In this document: positions 17,103-26,374 of the stretch, piece after piece | Numbering within the stretch: the stretch's first letter is position 1 | Layout of the letters: every line of letters begins with the position of its first letter | Origin: Acidobacteriota bacterium | GTDB taxonomy: Bacteria > Acidobacteriota > Vicinamibacteria > Vicinamibacterales > 2-12-FULL-66-21 | Assembly: GCA_031425515.1 (NCBI GenBank) | Contig: JANPJN010000032.1 | Location: 1-50,724 of the forward strand | Length of the DNA: 50,724 nucleotides | Direction of reading: 5' to 3' | Notes under the pieces: generated by a model | The model's database searches: none | What the model was told of the DNA's origin: nothing | What the model saw: the letters and a program-made list of their open reading frames with translations, nothing else | Program-made: the position numbers and the translations under genes

Positions 17103-19151
17103 CTACCGCTGCTCGGCGCCGTGTTGCGCGCGGAGGGCCTCGACAATGCGGGCGGTGGCCTCCTGCGCCTCGACGTCCGTCAGCGTGCGATCGGAATCCC
17201 TGTACGTGAGCCGCAGCGAGAGGCTCACCCGTCCGTCCGGTACTCCCTTACCCTGATACCGATCGAACTCGACGACCGAGACGAGTGTCGGGGGCGCCGC
17301 TGCTCGGATAGTGCCACGAACCGCCGCAGCAGGCAAGGCTTCATCAACCAGGATCGACAGGTCGCGGACGATTGACGGGAAGCGCGGCAACGGTTCCGCG
17401 CGCAGGATGCCTGTGCTCGAGGCCGCGACGGCCTCGAGATCGATTTCCGCAACATGGACCGGCTCGCCTGACGGAAAGCCGCGTGCGTCCAGGACCGCCG
17501 ACGCCAGCTGGCCGAGGCTGCCCAGATACGCGCCTCCGACCGCGACGTCGGCCGCTCGGCCGCGCACGAGCCACGCATGCGTCGCCGGTGTGAACGTGAG
17601 CGAGGCGGCCGGCACGCCGAGCGCGGCACACAGCACTTCCACGACGCCTCGCGCATCGAAGAAATCCACCGGTCGCGCCGCGGCGGACCAGTGGGCCGCG
17701 GTCGCGGCGCCGCACCAGGCGAACGCCGCGGCGCGCCCCTCGCCAGACGAGGTGAACCGGCTGCCGGTCTCGAAGAGCTGCACATCGCGGCGCCCGCGGC
17801 GCCGGTTGTGCGCGCATGCGTCCACGAGACCGGCCAGGAGCGACGGACGCAGCACCGCGAATTTCTCCGACAGCGGGTTGGCAATGGCCGCGGGCTCCAC
17901 GCCCGGCTCGCAGAAGGGCTGGGCCGCCTCGCGCTCGATGAACGCGAAGGTCATCGACTCGGAGAATCCGGCGGCCGTCAGAGCGCCGCGCACCAGGCGG
18001 TCCCGGCCGACGCGCGCATCCGGCGCCGCCTGCGGTACGGTGAGCGCGGGGAAGCGGGCCGGCAGCCGATCGAAGCCGTAATGCCGGCCTACCTCTTCTA
18101 TCAGATCCGCCTCCCGCGTCACGTCCACCCGGAAGGTCGGCACGGTGACGACCCACCCCGGCTCGGGGCCGCGGCCCTCACGCACGCCGAATCCGAGCGG
18201 TTCGAGGACACGCACCACAGCGTCGGCCGGCACGGCCTGACCCAGCACGCGCGCGATGCGCGAGGCGCGCAGCGCAATCCCGGGCAACGGCCGCGGCGCC
18301 GGATAGCGGTCGATGAGGGGGCCGATAGGCGAGCCCGCACCCAGCCGGGCCAGGAGCGCCGCCGTCCGCTGGATCCCCAGCGCGGCGGCCCCGATGTCTC
18401 CGCCTCGCTCGAACCGAGACGAGGCCTCGGTCTTGAGGTTCAGCCGTTTGCTCGTGCGCCGCACCGACGCCGGCAGGAAGCAGGCGCTCTCCAGCACCAT
18501 CCGCGTCGTGGCGCTCGAGATCTCCGAGTGTTGTCCGCCCATCACGCCCGCGATGGCGACCGCCCGTTCCGCGTCGGCGATCACCAGCATCTCGGGCTCG
18601 AGCGTCCGCTCGACGCCGTCCAGCGTTGTCATCCGCTCGCCCGGTCGTGCCCGACGTACGACGATGCGGTGGCCGGCCAGGTGGCGGAGATCGAAGGCGT
18701 GCAGCGGCTGGCCGATTTCGAGCATCACGTAGTTGGTGATGTCCACGACCGTGTTGATCGCGCGGACACCTGCGGCCTCGAGGCGATCGCGCAGCCAGTC
18801 GGGCGAGGGGCCGACGCGCACCTCGAAGACCTGCGCGCAGTAGCGCGGGCAGAGATCGGGCGCGTCGAGATTGACGGCGACGGACTCGTCTGCGGCCGGC
18901 GTCCGGCCCTCGATGGGGGGCATGTCGGGAAGCTGCAGCGGCAGGCCCCAGATGGCCGCCGCCTCGCGTGCCAGACCGACGTGGTTCAGGCAGTCCGGCC
19001 GGTTGGCGGTGATCTCGAAATCGATGACCGGCAGCGAGCCATGCTCGACGGCCGCGACTTCGAAGCCGCGCAGGGCGATTGCCTCCGCGGCCGCGTCGAC
19101 GTCGAGCGGGACCGCGACCAGCTCCGTCAGCCACGGGTAGACGAGCCTCAC
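17103..19151 (-). CDS. pheT: phenylalanine--tRNA ligase beta subunit
   Basis: The GTG start at 19151 (VRLVYPWLTELV) overlaps the pheS TGA as GTGA. B3/4, B5 and FDX-ACB regions are recognisable. Confidence 0.95.
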   Translation of the reverse strand: MRLVYPWLTELVAVPLDVDAAAEAIALRGFEVAAVEHGSLPVIDFEITANRPDCLNHVGLAREAAAIWGLPLQLPDMPPIEGRTPAADESVAVNLDAPDLCPRYCAQVFEVRVGPSPDWLRDRLEAAGVRAINTVVDITNYVMLEIGQPLHAFDLRHLAGHRIVVRRARPGERMTTLDGVERTLEPEMLVIADAERAVAIAGVMGGQHSEISSATTRMVLESACFLPASVRRTSKRLNLKTEASSRFERGGDIGAAALGIQRTAALLARLGAGSPIGPLIDRYPAPRPLPGIALRASRIARVLGQAVPADAVVRVLEPLGFGVREGRGPEPGWVVTVPTFRVDVTREADLIEEVGRHYGFDRLPARFPALTVPQAAPDARVGRDRLVRGALTAAGFSESMTFAFIEREAAQPFCEPGVEPAAIANPLSEKFAVLRPSLLAGLVDACAHNRRRGRRDVQLFETGSRFTSSGEGRAAAFAWCGAATAAHWSAAARPVDFFDARGVVEVLCAALGVPAASLTFTPATHAWLVRGRAADVAVGGAYLGSLGQLASAVLDARGFPSGEPVHVAEIDLEAVAASSTGILRAEPLPRFPSIVRDLSILVDEALPAAAVRGTIRAAAPPTLVSVVEFDRYQGKGVPDGRVSLSLRLTYRDSDRTLTDVEAQEATARIVEALRAQHGAEQR

Positions 19152-20206
19152 AGCGGGAACTGCTCCAGGAACCGGAGATCGTTCTCGTAGAAGAGGCGGA
19201 TGTCCTCGACCCCCCACTTGAGGAGCGCGACGCGCTCGATGCCGAGCCCGAAGGCGAAGCCGGTGTAGCGCTCAGGGTCGTAGCCGACCGCCTCGAAGAC
19301 CGCCGGGTGCACCATGCCGCTGCCGAGGATCTCGATCCAGCCCGTGCGCTTGCACATCCCACAGTCGCGTCCGGTGCCACCGCACGCGCCGCAGCTGATG
19401 TCCACCTCGGCACTGGGCTCGGTGTAGGGAAAGAAGCTTGGTCTGAACCGCAGCTCACGCTCGTCGCCGAACAGCTCGCGCAGGAAGGCGAAGAGCGTGC
19501 CTTTGAGGTCGGCGAGCGAGACGTCTTCGCCGACGACCAGTCCTTCGACCTGCGTGAACATCGGCGTGTGGGTCACGTCGAGATCGTCGCGCCGATACAC
19601 GCGGCCCGGGGCGATGAGCCTCACGGGCGGCGGGTGCTGCTCCATGTACCGGATCTGCATGCCGGAGGTGTGCGTGCGCAGGAGCGTGGCCTGCGCGCCG
19701 ACCGCGGAGCGGACGGGCGAAGCCAGGTAGAGCGTGTCCTGCATGTCGCGCGCGGGGTGCTCGGGCGGCATATTGAGCGCTTCGAAGTTGTGATAGTCGT
19801 CTTCGAGCTCGGGCCCCTCGAGGATGAGGAAGCCGAGGCGGCTGAAGATGGCTTCGATGCGTTCGCGCAGCAGGGTGAGCGGATGACGATGGCCGAGCGC
19901 GACGGGGCGTCCAGGGAGCGTGACGTCCACGGCGCCGGCGGGGGGGCGCGACTGTTCAGCCGCGGCGATCCGTGCGTCGAGGATGTCCTCGATCTGCCGC
20001 TTGAGGTCGTTGGCCAGTTTGCCGAGGGCGGGCCGTGCGTCAGGGGGCGCGGCCCCCAGCGCCTTGAGGAGCCCCGACACGAGCCCTCCCTTGCGCGCCA
20101 GGTAGCGATCGCGCACCGCGCGCAGGGCCTCGGCGGTCGAGGCCCTGGCGATGTCGCTGTCGAACGCGGTCCGGAGGTGGTCGATCTGGGAGGAAGGGTC
20201 TGACAA
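19148..20206 (-). CDS. pheS: phenylalanine--tRNA ligase alpha subunit
   Basis: RYLARKGG..., class II motifs (HPARDMQDT, FRPSFFPYTEPS, GFAFGLGIERV). The start is uncertain. TTG 20206 avoids a 70-nt overlap with rplT, while the ORF track begins at 20308. Confidence 0.9.
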   Translation of the reverse strand: MSDPSSQIDHLRTAFDSDIARASTAEALRAVRDRYLARKGGLVSGLLKALGAAPPDARPALGKLANDLKRQIEDILDARIAAAEQSRPPAGAVDVTLPGRPVALGHRHPLTLLRERIEAIFSRLGFLILEGPELEDDYHNFEALNMPPEHPARDMQDTLYLASPVRSAVGAQATLLRTHTSGMQIRYMEQHPPPVRLIAPGRVYRRDDLDVTHTPMFTQVEGLVVGEDVSLADLKGTLFAFLRELFGDERELRFRPSFFPYTEPSAEVDISCGACGGTGRDCGMCKRTGWIEILGSGMVHPAVFEAVGYDPERYTGFAFGLGIERVALLKWGVEDIRLFYENDLRFLEQFPL

Positions 20207-20237
20207 TCCCCTGAACCCTGCAGTCGTCTCCGCGCCG

Positions 20238-20675
20238 CTAGCCGCGTGCCGCGTCGGCCGCTGCGCGGGCCTTCGGACGCGCGACCTTCGCGTCGCCGGA
20301 GGCCGCACGCTTCGCGGGCGCCGGCCTGGCGTCGAGCGCCACGCTGGCCAGCTTCGCGAAGGCCGCCGGGCTCGTGACCGCGAGGTCCGCGAGCGTCTTG
20401 CGATCGATCGGGTTGCCGGCCGCCTTCAGCCCGGCGATGAGCTGCCCGTAGGTGAGCCCGTTCTCCCGTGCCGCGGCGTTGATCCGCACCACCCAGAGGC
20501 GGCGGAAATCGCGCTTCTTCCGGCGCCGTCCGACGAACGCATACTTGAGCGCCGTATCGACCGATTCCTTCGCGGAGCGATACAGCTTGCTCTTGGTCTG
20601 GTAGAAGCCCTTGGCACGCGACAGCAGTTTTTTCCGCTTCGCGCGCCGGACGTTTCCTCGTTTGACTCTAGGCAT
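20238..20675 (-). CDS. rplT: 50S ribosomal protein L20 with ~27-aa Ala/Lys/Pro-rich C-terminal extension
   Basis: [33 protein letters not shown]... Confidence 0.97.
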   Translation of the reverse strand: MPRVKRGNVRRAKRKKLLSRAKGFYQTKSKLYRSAKESVDTALKYAFVGRRRKKRDFRRLWVVRINAAARENGLTYGQLIAGLKAAGNPIDRKTLADLAVTSPAAFAKLASVALDARPAPAKRAASGDAKVARPKARAAADAARG

Positions 20676-20789
20676 CTCGTGTTCCTTGCAGCTATCAGCT
20701 ATCGGTCAGCCGTCAGCTATCGGCTTTCATTGCGTGTTGCGGCGCGCGGTCACGTCAGCCTGCGTGCTGACGGCTGATGTCTGACCGCT
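20676..20789. repeat. repeat-rich structured rpmI-rplT spacer (CAGCTAT heptads plus nested hairpins)
   Basis: cagctat cagctat cggtcag ccgtcag ctatcgg at 20690-20724. On the mRNA strand, CGTCAGC-ACGCAG-GCTGACG is nested inside GCGGTCA...TGACCGC. Confidence 0.7.
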
Positions 20790-20987
20790 TTATGAATTCG
20801 GTAGCATCTTGCGCAGCGACGCCTGGTCGGCGGCCGACACGACCACCGTGCCCTTGAGGCCGCGCTTGCGGCTGCGGCTCTTGCTGGTCAGGATGTGCTG
20901 CTTGAACGCTTTGCTCCGGACGAACTTCCCCGTCCCGGTCTTCTTGAACCGCTTCGCGGCGCCCCTGTGGGTCTTCAACTTCGGCAT
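20790..20987 (-). CDS. rpmI: 50S ribosomal protein L35
   Basis: [36 protein letters not shown]. Confidence 0.97.
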   Translation of the reverse strand: MPKLKTHRGAAKRFKKTGTGKFVRSKAFKQHILTSKSRSRKRGLKGTVVVSAADQASLRKMLPNS

Positions 20988-21006
20988 GATGGTCGTCTCT
21001 TACCTG

Positions 21007-21591
21007 TTATTGGACGGAGTCTTTCGGCTCCGCCTCTTTTTTCGCCGCCGGCTTCCGGCCCGTGCGCTGGGCCAGGATGGTGTGCATCTGGTTGCCTTCC
21101 TGGCGCGGCATGGTCTCGGGCATCGCCACGTCCGTCAGGTCTTCGATGAGCCGCTCCAGGATCCGCCGTCCGATCTCCGGATGGGCCATCTCGCGTCCGC
21201 GGAAGAAAATCGTCGCCTTGACCTTGTCCCCCTCAGCCAGGAAGCGCTCGATGTGCTTCTTCTTGAACTGGTAGTCGTGCTCGTCGACCTTGGGGCGGAA
21301 CTTGATCTCCTTGACCTCGATGATCTTCTGGTGCTTCTTGGCCTCTCGGGCGCGCTTCTGCTCCTGATACTGGTAGCGCCCGAAGTCCATGATGCGGCAG
21401 ACGGGCGGGGTCGCCGTCGCGGCGATCTCGACCAGGTCGAGCCCCTTCTGCTTCGCAATGGTCAGCGCCTGCTGCGGGGGCATGATCCCCAGCTGCAGAC
21501 CTGTGTCGTCGATCACGCGTACCTCGCGCACCCTGATCCGTTCGTTCACCCGCGTGCGGTCGTCCCGCCGCGGGCTTCGGTCGTAAGCGAT
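21007..21591 (-). CDS. infC: translation initiation factor IF-3, probable AUC start
   Basis: [23 protein letters not shown]... The ORF track starts at GTG 21549. An in-frame ATC at 21591 sits 5 nt after a perfect GGAGG and adds [14 protein letters not shown], restoring the usual N-terminal lead-in. Confidence 0.9.
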   Translation of the reverse strand: MAYDRSPRRDDRTRVNERIRVREVRVIDDTGLQLGIMPPQQALTIAKQKGLDLVEIAATATPPVCRIMDFGRYQYQEQKRAREAKKHQKIIEVKEIKFRPKVDEHDYQFKKKHIERFLAEGDKVKATIFFRGREMAHPEIGRRILERLIEDLTDVAMPETMPRQEGNQMHTILAQRTGRKPAAKKEAEPKDSVQ

Positions 21592-21630
21592 AAAAACCTC
21601 CTGCAGACAGCCCGAAGGCCGAACCGCTGA

Positions 21631-21650
21631 CGCTCGAGCCGGCTCGAGCG
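21631..21650. other. perfect 20-nt palindrome CGCTCGAGCCGGCTCGAGCG immediately after the thrS stop
   Basis: Seen directly in the sequence. It is followed on the mRNA by a GGCC-UUCG-GGCU hairpin. There is no U-tract, so it is not a classical intrinsic terminator. Confidence 0.5.
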
Positions 21651-23597
21651 TCAGACTTCAGACTTCAGCGTTTCGCCCTTCGCGCGGACCTCGCCCAGCG
21701 CGGCCTCCAGAAATGCGGCCATCGGCCGCGACCCCTGATCCCCGTCGGTGCGGCTGCGCACCGACACCGTGCCCTCGGATGCCTCTTTGTCCCCGACGAC
21801 CAGCATATAGGGAATCTTCTGAAGCTGGGCTTCGCGGATCTTATATCCAATCTTCTCGTAGCGCTCGTCCACCTCGACGCGCAGCCCGGCCGAGGCCAGT
21901 TGCTCCCGCACGAGCGCCGCATGGCCGAGGTGACGATCGGCAATGGGCAGCACCGCCACCTGCACGGGCGCCAGCCACAACGGAAACGCCCCGGCGTAGT
22001 GCTCGATGAGCAGGGCGATGAAGCGCTCCAGGCTGCCGAAAATGGCCCGGTGAATCACGACCGGCCGATGGACGGCGTTGTCGGCGCCCACATACTCGAG
22101 GTCGAACCGCTGCGGCAACTGGTAATCGAGCTGAATCGTCGCACACTGCCACTGACGGCCGATGGCATCCGTGATGTCGAAGTCGATCTTCGGGCCGTAG
22201 AACGCCCCGTCTTTCTCGTTGACCGTGTAGGCCTGCCCGGCCGACTCGAGCGCCCGCCTCAGCGACCCCTCAGCGTGATCCCACGTCGAGACCTCGCCCA
22301 GATACTCGTCCGGCCGGGTCGAGAGCTTCGCCGAGTACTCGAGGCCGAAGTCGGCATACACCCGCTGCACCAGCCGCAGCAGCGCCTCCACCTCGGACTG
22401 AATCTGCGCCTCCGTCACGAAACAATGCGCATCGTCCTGCGAAAACTGCCGGACGCGGGTGAGGCCGGAGAGCACGCCCGACGCTTCGTTGCGGTGCAGC
22501 GGCGTCTGCTCGTGGAACCGCAGCGGCAGCTCGCGATAGCTGCGTTTCTCGCTGGCGAACACGAGCATGTGGCCGGGGCAGTTCATGGCCTTCATCGCCA
22601 TCTCCTCGCCGTCGCGGCCGTGGATGAGGAACATGTTCTCGCGGTAGTGCTGCCAGTGCCCGGAGGTCTCCCAGAGCGCCTTGTTGAAGACGAGCGGCGT
22701 CTTCAGTTCCACATAGCCGGCCGGGAACAGCACCTGCCGCATGTAGTCGGCGAGCAGGTGGTAGAAGGTCGTGCCCTTGCTCAGCCAGAAGGTCGCGCCG
22801 GGCGCCCACGGATGGAAGGTGAACAGGCCGAGATCCTTCCCGACCTTCCGGTGGTCGCGCGTCTTCGCTTCGTCGACCCGCCGGAGGTGCGCCTTGAGAT
22901 CCGCCTCGGTCAGGAACGCGGTCCCGTAAATCCGCTGCATCGGCTGGTTGCGCGAATCCCCCTTCCAGTAGGCGTTCGAGGTGCTCAGGAGCTTGAACGC
23001 CTTGAGCCGGCCAGTGGACGGGACGTGCGGGCCGACACAGAAATCCGCGAAGGTGTCGCGGTCCTTGATCGTGTAGACGGACACCTCGGACTGCCCGGCG
23101 GTCTTCTCGTCAATGAGCTGTACCTTGAGCGGCTCGTCCTTGCCGGCGAAGAACCGCATCGCCTCCTCGCGAGGCCACAACTGGCGCTCGTAGGGCAGGT
23201 CCGCCGACGCCAGTTCCTTCATCCGGCGTTCAATCGCCTCGAGGTCCTCCGGCACGAACGGCCGATCGACGACGAAGTCGTAGAAGAAGCCCTCGTCGGT
23301 GGCCGGGCCGATCCCGCACTGCGCGCCGGGGAAGAGGCTGGTGACCGCCGCGGCCAGCAGATGCGCGGTGCTGTGGCGATAGAGCGCCAGCGCTTCCGGG
23401 CTGTGCGGGGTGACGATGCGGACCGTGGCGTCCGCCTCGAGCGGGGTGGTCAAATCCACGAGCCGGCCGTCCACGTTCGCCGCCACCGCCACACGCGCGA
23501 GGCCCGCAGAGATCTGTCCCGCGACGTCGCCCGGTGTGGACCCGGCGGGCAGACGACGACTCGAGCCGTCGGGGAGGGTGACGGAAATCTCTGACAT
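21651..23597 (-). CDS. thrS: threonine--tRNA ligase
   Basis: ATG at 23597 ([15 protein letters not shown] domain). Class II core and anticodon-binding domain follow (...[29 protein letters not shown]...). Confidence 0.97.
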   Translation of the reverse strand: MSEISVTLPDGSSRRLPAGSTPGDVAGQISAGLARVAVAANVDGRLVDLTTPLEADATVRIVTPHSPEALALYRHSTAHLLAAAVTSLFPGAQCGIGPATDEGFFYDFVVDRPFVPEDLEAIERRMKELASADLPYERQLWPREEAMRFFAGKDEPLKVQLIDEKTAGQSEVSVYTIKDRDTFADFCVGPHVPSTGRLKAFKLLSTSNAYWKGDSRNQPMQRIYGTAFLTEADLKAHLRRVDEAKTRDHRKVGKDLGLFTFHPWAPGATFWLSKGTTFYHLLADYMRQVLFPAGYVELKTPLVFNKALWETSGHWQHYRENMFLIHGRDGEEMAMKAMNCPGHMLVFASEKRSYRELPLRFHEQTPLHRNEASGVLSGLTRVRQFSQDDAHCFVTEAQIQSEVEALLRLVQRVYADFGLEYSAKLSTRPDEYLGEVSTWDHAEGSLRRALESAGQAYTVNEKDGAFYGPKIDFDITDAIGRQWQCATIQLDYQLPQRFDLEYVGADNAVHRPVVIHRAIFGSLERFIALLIEHYAGAFPLWLAPVQVAVLPIADRHLGHAALVREQLASAGLRVEVDERYEKIGYKIREAQLQKIPYMLVVGDKEASEGTVSVRSRTDGDQGSRPMAAFLEAALGEVRAKGETLKSEV

Positions 23598-23759
23598 GGA
23601 ACTGGGACGCAACTAACCCTGGGGTGGCCCGCAATCCACCTTCGCGCTTCGCGCTACGGTGGACAGGCAAACTGCCCCTGCCAACCGATAGCTCAAGCGA
23701 AGACTGATACCTGGCCCGGCAACCGAAGCTCACGCTTCAATTGACAGGTGAGCGAAGGT

Positions 23760-23836
23760 TGGTAGGCACGAGCGGACTCGAACCGCTGACCTCCTGCGTG
23801 TCAAGCAGGCGCTCTAACCAACTGAGCTACGCGCCT
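23760..23836 (-). tRNA. tRNA-Val (anticodon GAC), CCA encoded
   Basis: AGGCGCG-TA-GCTC-AGTTGGTTA-GAGC-G-CCTGC-TTGACAC-GCAGG-AGGTC-AGCGG-TTCGAGT-CCGCT-CGTGCCT-ACCA. It folds as a cloverleaf with one G-U pair in the acceptor stem. Confidence 0.93.
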
Positions 23837-23903
23837 ATGTCTTGAAAACACTGGCCTTACCGAACGATCAGTTTAGCAGACGGGTTGGAGGGGAGTCAAT
23901 CCA

Positions 23904-25235
23904 TCAGGCGGCGGATTTGCGGCGCAGCCGCTCGACCGCGGCGTCGAGAATCGGGTCTTTCGCGGACTGGTCGTCGGCTTTCGCGCCGAATTCGCCGACC
24001 TCCGCATCTTCGACGGCGACGTCCGGCTGAAGCCCACGGCCGTTGATCGGTTCGGCGCCGGGGATGCGCGCCGCCGACTTCGGCCGCCCGCCCGTGCCGA
24101 TGTCCGGCGTGGCTCCCGGCCGGCGCTGCGCCCCGGTCGCCGCGGCCCCGTCGCGATCCTGATCCGACCCGCTGGCCGCACGGTAGTACTGCGCGTAGGT
24201 GAGCCACAGACCGCGGCCCTCCGGCAGCTTCACGAGCTTCTGGACCCCCGCGCGACCGAGGGTATGCTCGCCGACGAGCTCGGCCCGCTTGTTGTCGCGC
24301 AGCGCCGCCGCGAAAATCTCGGCCGGGCCGGACGTGCCGGCACTGACGAGTAGCTGGACCGGGAGCGCGATGGCCCCATCGCCGGACGCCGCCGCGATCG
24401 TTTCCTTGTCCTGGCCGTTATGCCCCGCCCGAATCGTCAGCGTGCCCGCCTTGACAAAGGCGCGCGCCGCCTCGATGCCGCGATCGAGCGCCCCTTCCGC
24501 CGTGCCGCGAATGTCGATGATGAGCGACGTCGCTCCGGCGCGCGACAGCTCTGTAGCCTGCCGCTTCAGGTCGTCGCCGACGCCGTTCCGGAAACTGGTG
24601 ATGCGGATCAGACCCACGCCCGGTGCGGCCCCCGCGTTCGCCAGCACCCGCCCGGTGACGAGCGGTCCGGCCGGCTTCTCTCGCACGAGCGACACCTCGT
24701 GCGGATCGGCCGCGTTGCCCCGGATGATCGTCAGCACCACGGGAGACCCTGGCTGTCCACGCAGCAGGCGCGAGCCCTCGAACACGGACATGTCGCGCGT
24801 CGGCTTTCCGTCGATGCCCCGCACGTAATCACCCGTCTCGAGCCCCGCCTTCGCTGCCGGCGATCCATCGCGCGCCGAGATCACCCGCAGGTAGTACTGC
24901 CGCGTGAGCTCCAGTCCGACGTCGCCGTCCGGCAGCGCCGCCCCGGCTTCGACCGCCGCCACCTGCGTCGGATCGAGATACGCGCTGTCAGGGTCGAGGC
25001 CATCCGCCAGCCCCTTGAGCGCCCCTTCCATCGCGCGGTCGATCTTCACCTGCTCGACGTAGTTGTTGAGCACGAGCGAGACGACATCCTGAAAGACCCG
25101 CAGGTGCTGGTAGGTCTGATCGCCGCCGCGCGCGGGCGCGCTGCCCATCAGGCCGCCGACCACGACAAAGGCAAGCACCGGCGTGGACAGGAGGAGCACC
25201 GACAGACGCGTTTTTGTTGTCATCGCTTGAGCCAT
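23904..25235 (-). CDS. S41 family C-terminal processing peptidase-like protein (PDZ + S41 domain)
   Basis: N-terminal TM/signal, PDZ (GLELTRQYYLRVISARDGSPAAKAGLETGDYVRGIDG) and S41 core (LIIDIRGTAEG..., SAGTSGPAEIFAAAL, GEHTLGRAGVQ). An alternative ATG at 25223 forms an ATGA overlap with the upstream stop. Confidence 0.8.
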   Translation of the reverse strand: MAQAMTTKTRLSVLLLSTPVLAFVVVGGLMGSAPARGGDQTYQHLRVFQDVVSLVLNNYVEQVKIDRAMEGALKGLADGLDPDSAYLDPTQVAAVEAGAALPDGDVGLELTRQYYLRVISARDGSPAAKAGLETGDYVRGIDGKPTRDMSVFEGSRLLRGQPGSPVVLTIIRGNAADPHEVSLVREKPAGPLVTGRVLANAGAAPGVGLIRITSFRNGVGDDLKRQATELSRAGATSLIIDIRGTAEGALDRGIEAARAFVKAGTLTIRAGHNGQDKETIAAASGDGAIALPVQLLVSAGTSGPAEIFAAALRDNKRAELVGEHTLGRAGVQKLVKLPEGRGLWLTYAQYYRAASGSDQDRDGAAATGAQRRPGATPDIGTGGRPKSAARIPGAEPINGRGLQPDVAVEDAEVGEFGAKADDQSAKDPILDAAVERLRRKSAA

Positions 25236-26368
25236 TGTAAGGGATCCACGGCCGGGCCGTCGACGCGCAACTCGAAGTACAGCGCGGGGTTGCCGGCCGG
25301 GTTGCGCCCCGACGCCCCGATCCGGCCCTGGGCATCGACCCGGTCGCCGCGCGCCACGTCGATCGACGATAGATAGCCGTAGAGCGTATAGGCCCCGTCC
25401 CCATGATCGAGAATCACCAGGTTGCCGTACCCGGTGAACTGATCGGCGTACCCGACCACCCCTTCATGCACGGCCCGCACCGCCTGTCCCTCGGCCAGCG
25501 ACAACTCGATGCCCGTGCGCGGACGACCCGGCGCCCCCGGCTTCTGCCGGCCGAACGTCGCGGTCACGATCCCGGGCGCGGGCCACGGCAGCGCACCCTT
25601 GAAGGGGCGCAGCGGCAGCGCGACGGTCGCGCTCCGCCCCGATCCGAGCTGTGCGATGGTTGCTTGCAGACGCTTCTGCGCCGCTTCGAGCTCGCCCGTC
25701 AGCTGCGCATTCAGGTCCCGCCGCTCGTCAATCGACTCGACGAGCCGCGTCCGCGCTGCCACCGCCCGTTCGGCCGCCCCTCGCGCCGCGGCCGCCTGGC
25801 TTCGCAGCCGCGCCATGCTCGCCGACTGCGCCTGCAGCGTCTGCCGCTCGCGCGCCAGCGCGTCGAGCGTCTGCTGATGCGCGCGGATGCGATCGCGATC
25901 GATCCGCTGCATCGCCGCCGCTGTCCGATAGGCCCGCCCGACGGCATGCAAATCGTCCACGTCGAGCAGCAGCTTCCAGTAACCGGCCCGTCCCATCTTG
26001 TACAACTGCACCAGCCGCGCTTCGACCCCCGGCCGCTCGGTCTCCGCCGACGCGCGCAGGGCCTCCGCACGCACGGTCGTGTCCGCCAGACGCCGGTTCG
26101 TCTGCTCCAACTCGCGCTCGGCCTCCGCCAGCTGCTCTGTCCGGAGCGCGCGCTCGACCTCGAGCGCCCGCAGCTCGACGAGCAGCGTCTTCTCCTGGGT
26201 CGCCAGCGCGTCGGACTCCCGCTGCAGCGCCCGGATCCGCTCGGCCGCCCGCCGCGACGTGGCCTCGGCCCGTGCGCGCTCGGGCGCAGGGGCCTGCGCC
26301 GCCAGGCCCGCACCGATCAGCAGGGCCAGCACCGCCGCCAGCCGCGCGGAGCGCGAAAGGGTCGCCAT
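25220..26368 (-). CDS. murein hydrolase activator EnvC-like (coiled coil + M23/LytM domain)
   Basis: ORF 25220..26848 trimmed to ATG 26368 (MATLSRSARLAAVLALLIGAGLAAQA). A long coiled coil is followed by the M23 domain ...GIELSLAEGQAVRAVHEGVVGYADQFTGYGNLVILDHGDGAYTLYGYL... Confidence 0.88.
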   Translation of the reverse strand: MATLSRSARLAAVLALLIGAGLAAQAPAPERARAEATSRRAAERIRALQRESDALATQEKTLLVELRALEVERALRTEQLAEAERELEQTNRRLADTTVRAEALRASAETERPGVEARLVQLYKMGRAGYWKLLLDVDDLHAVGRAYRTAAAMQRIDRDRIRAHQQTLDALARERQTLQAQSASMARLRSQAAAARGAAERAVAARTRLVESIDERRDLNAQLTGELEAAQKRLQATIAQLGSGRSATVALPLRPFKGALPWPAPGIVTATFGRQKPGAPGRPRTGIELSLAEGQAVRAVHEGVVGYADQFTGYGNLVILDHGDGAYTLYGYLSSIDVARGDRVDAQGRIGASGRNPAGNPALYFELRVDGPAVDPLQWLKR

Positions 26369-26374
26369 GCGGGG

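Noticed and set aside
16095-17375. A 426-aa plus-strand ORF spanning the 6S region, zapA, the zapB-like gene and the pheT 3' end.
   Set aside because: It is antisense to three well-supported genes and to the 6S RNA candidate, and its composition is junk.
23598-23759. A T-box riboswitch or an E. coli-type tRNA-Thr anticodon-arm operator in the thrS leader.
   Set aside because: I found no T-box consensus (AGGGUGGNACCGCG-like), no specifier-loop layout, and no stem-loop presenting a CU-NGU-AA loop. Only the generic alternative pairing is reported.
23760-23903. tRNA-Val as an integration hotspot or genomic-island border.
   Set aside because: There is no integrase, no direct repeat of the tRNA 3' end, and no compositional shift on either side. 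The flanking genes are core (thrS and a ctp-like gene).
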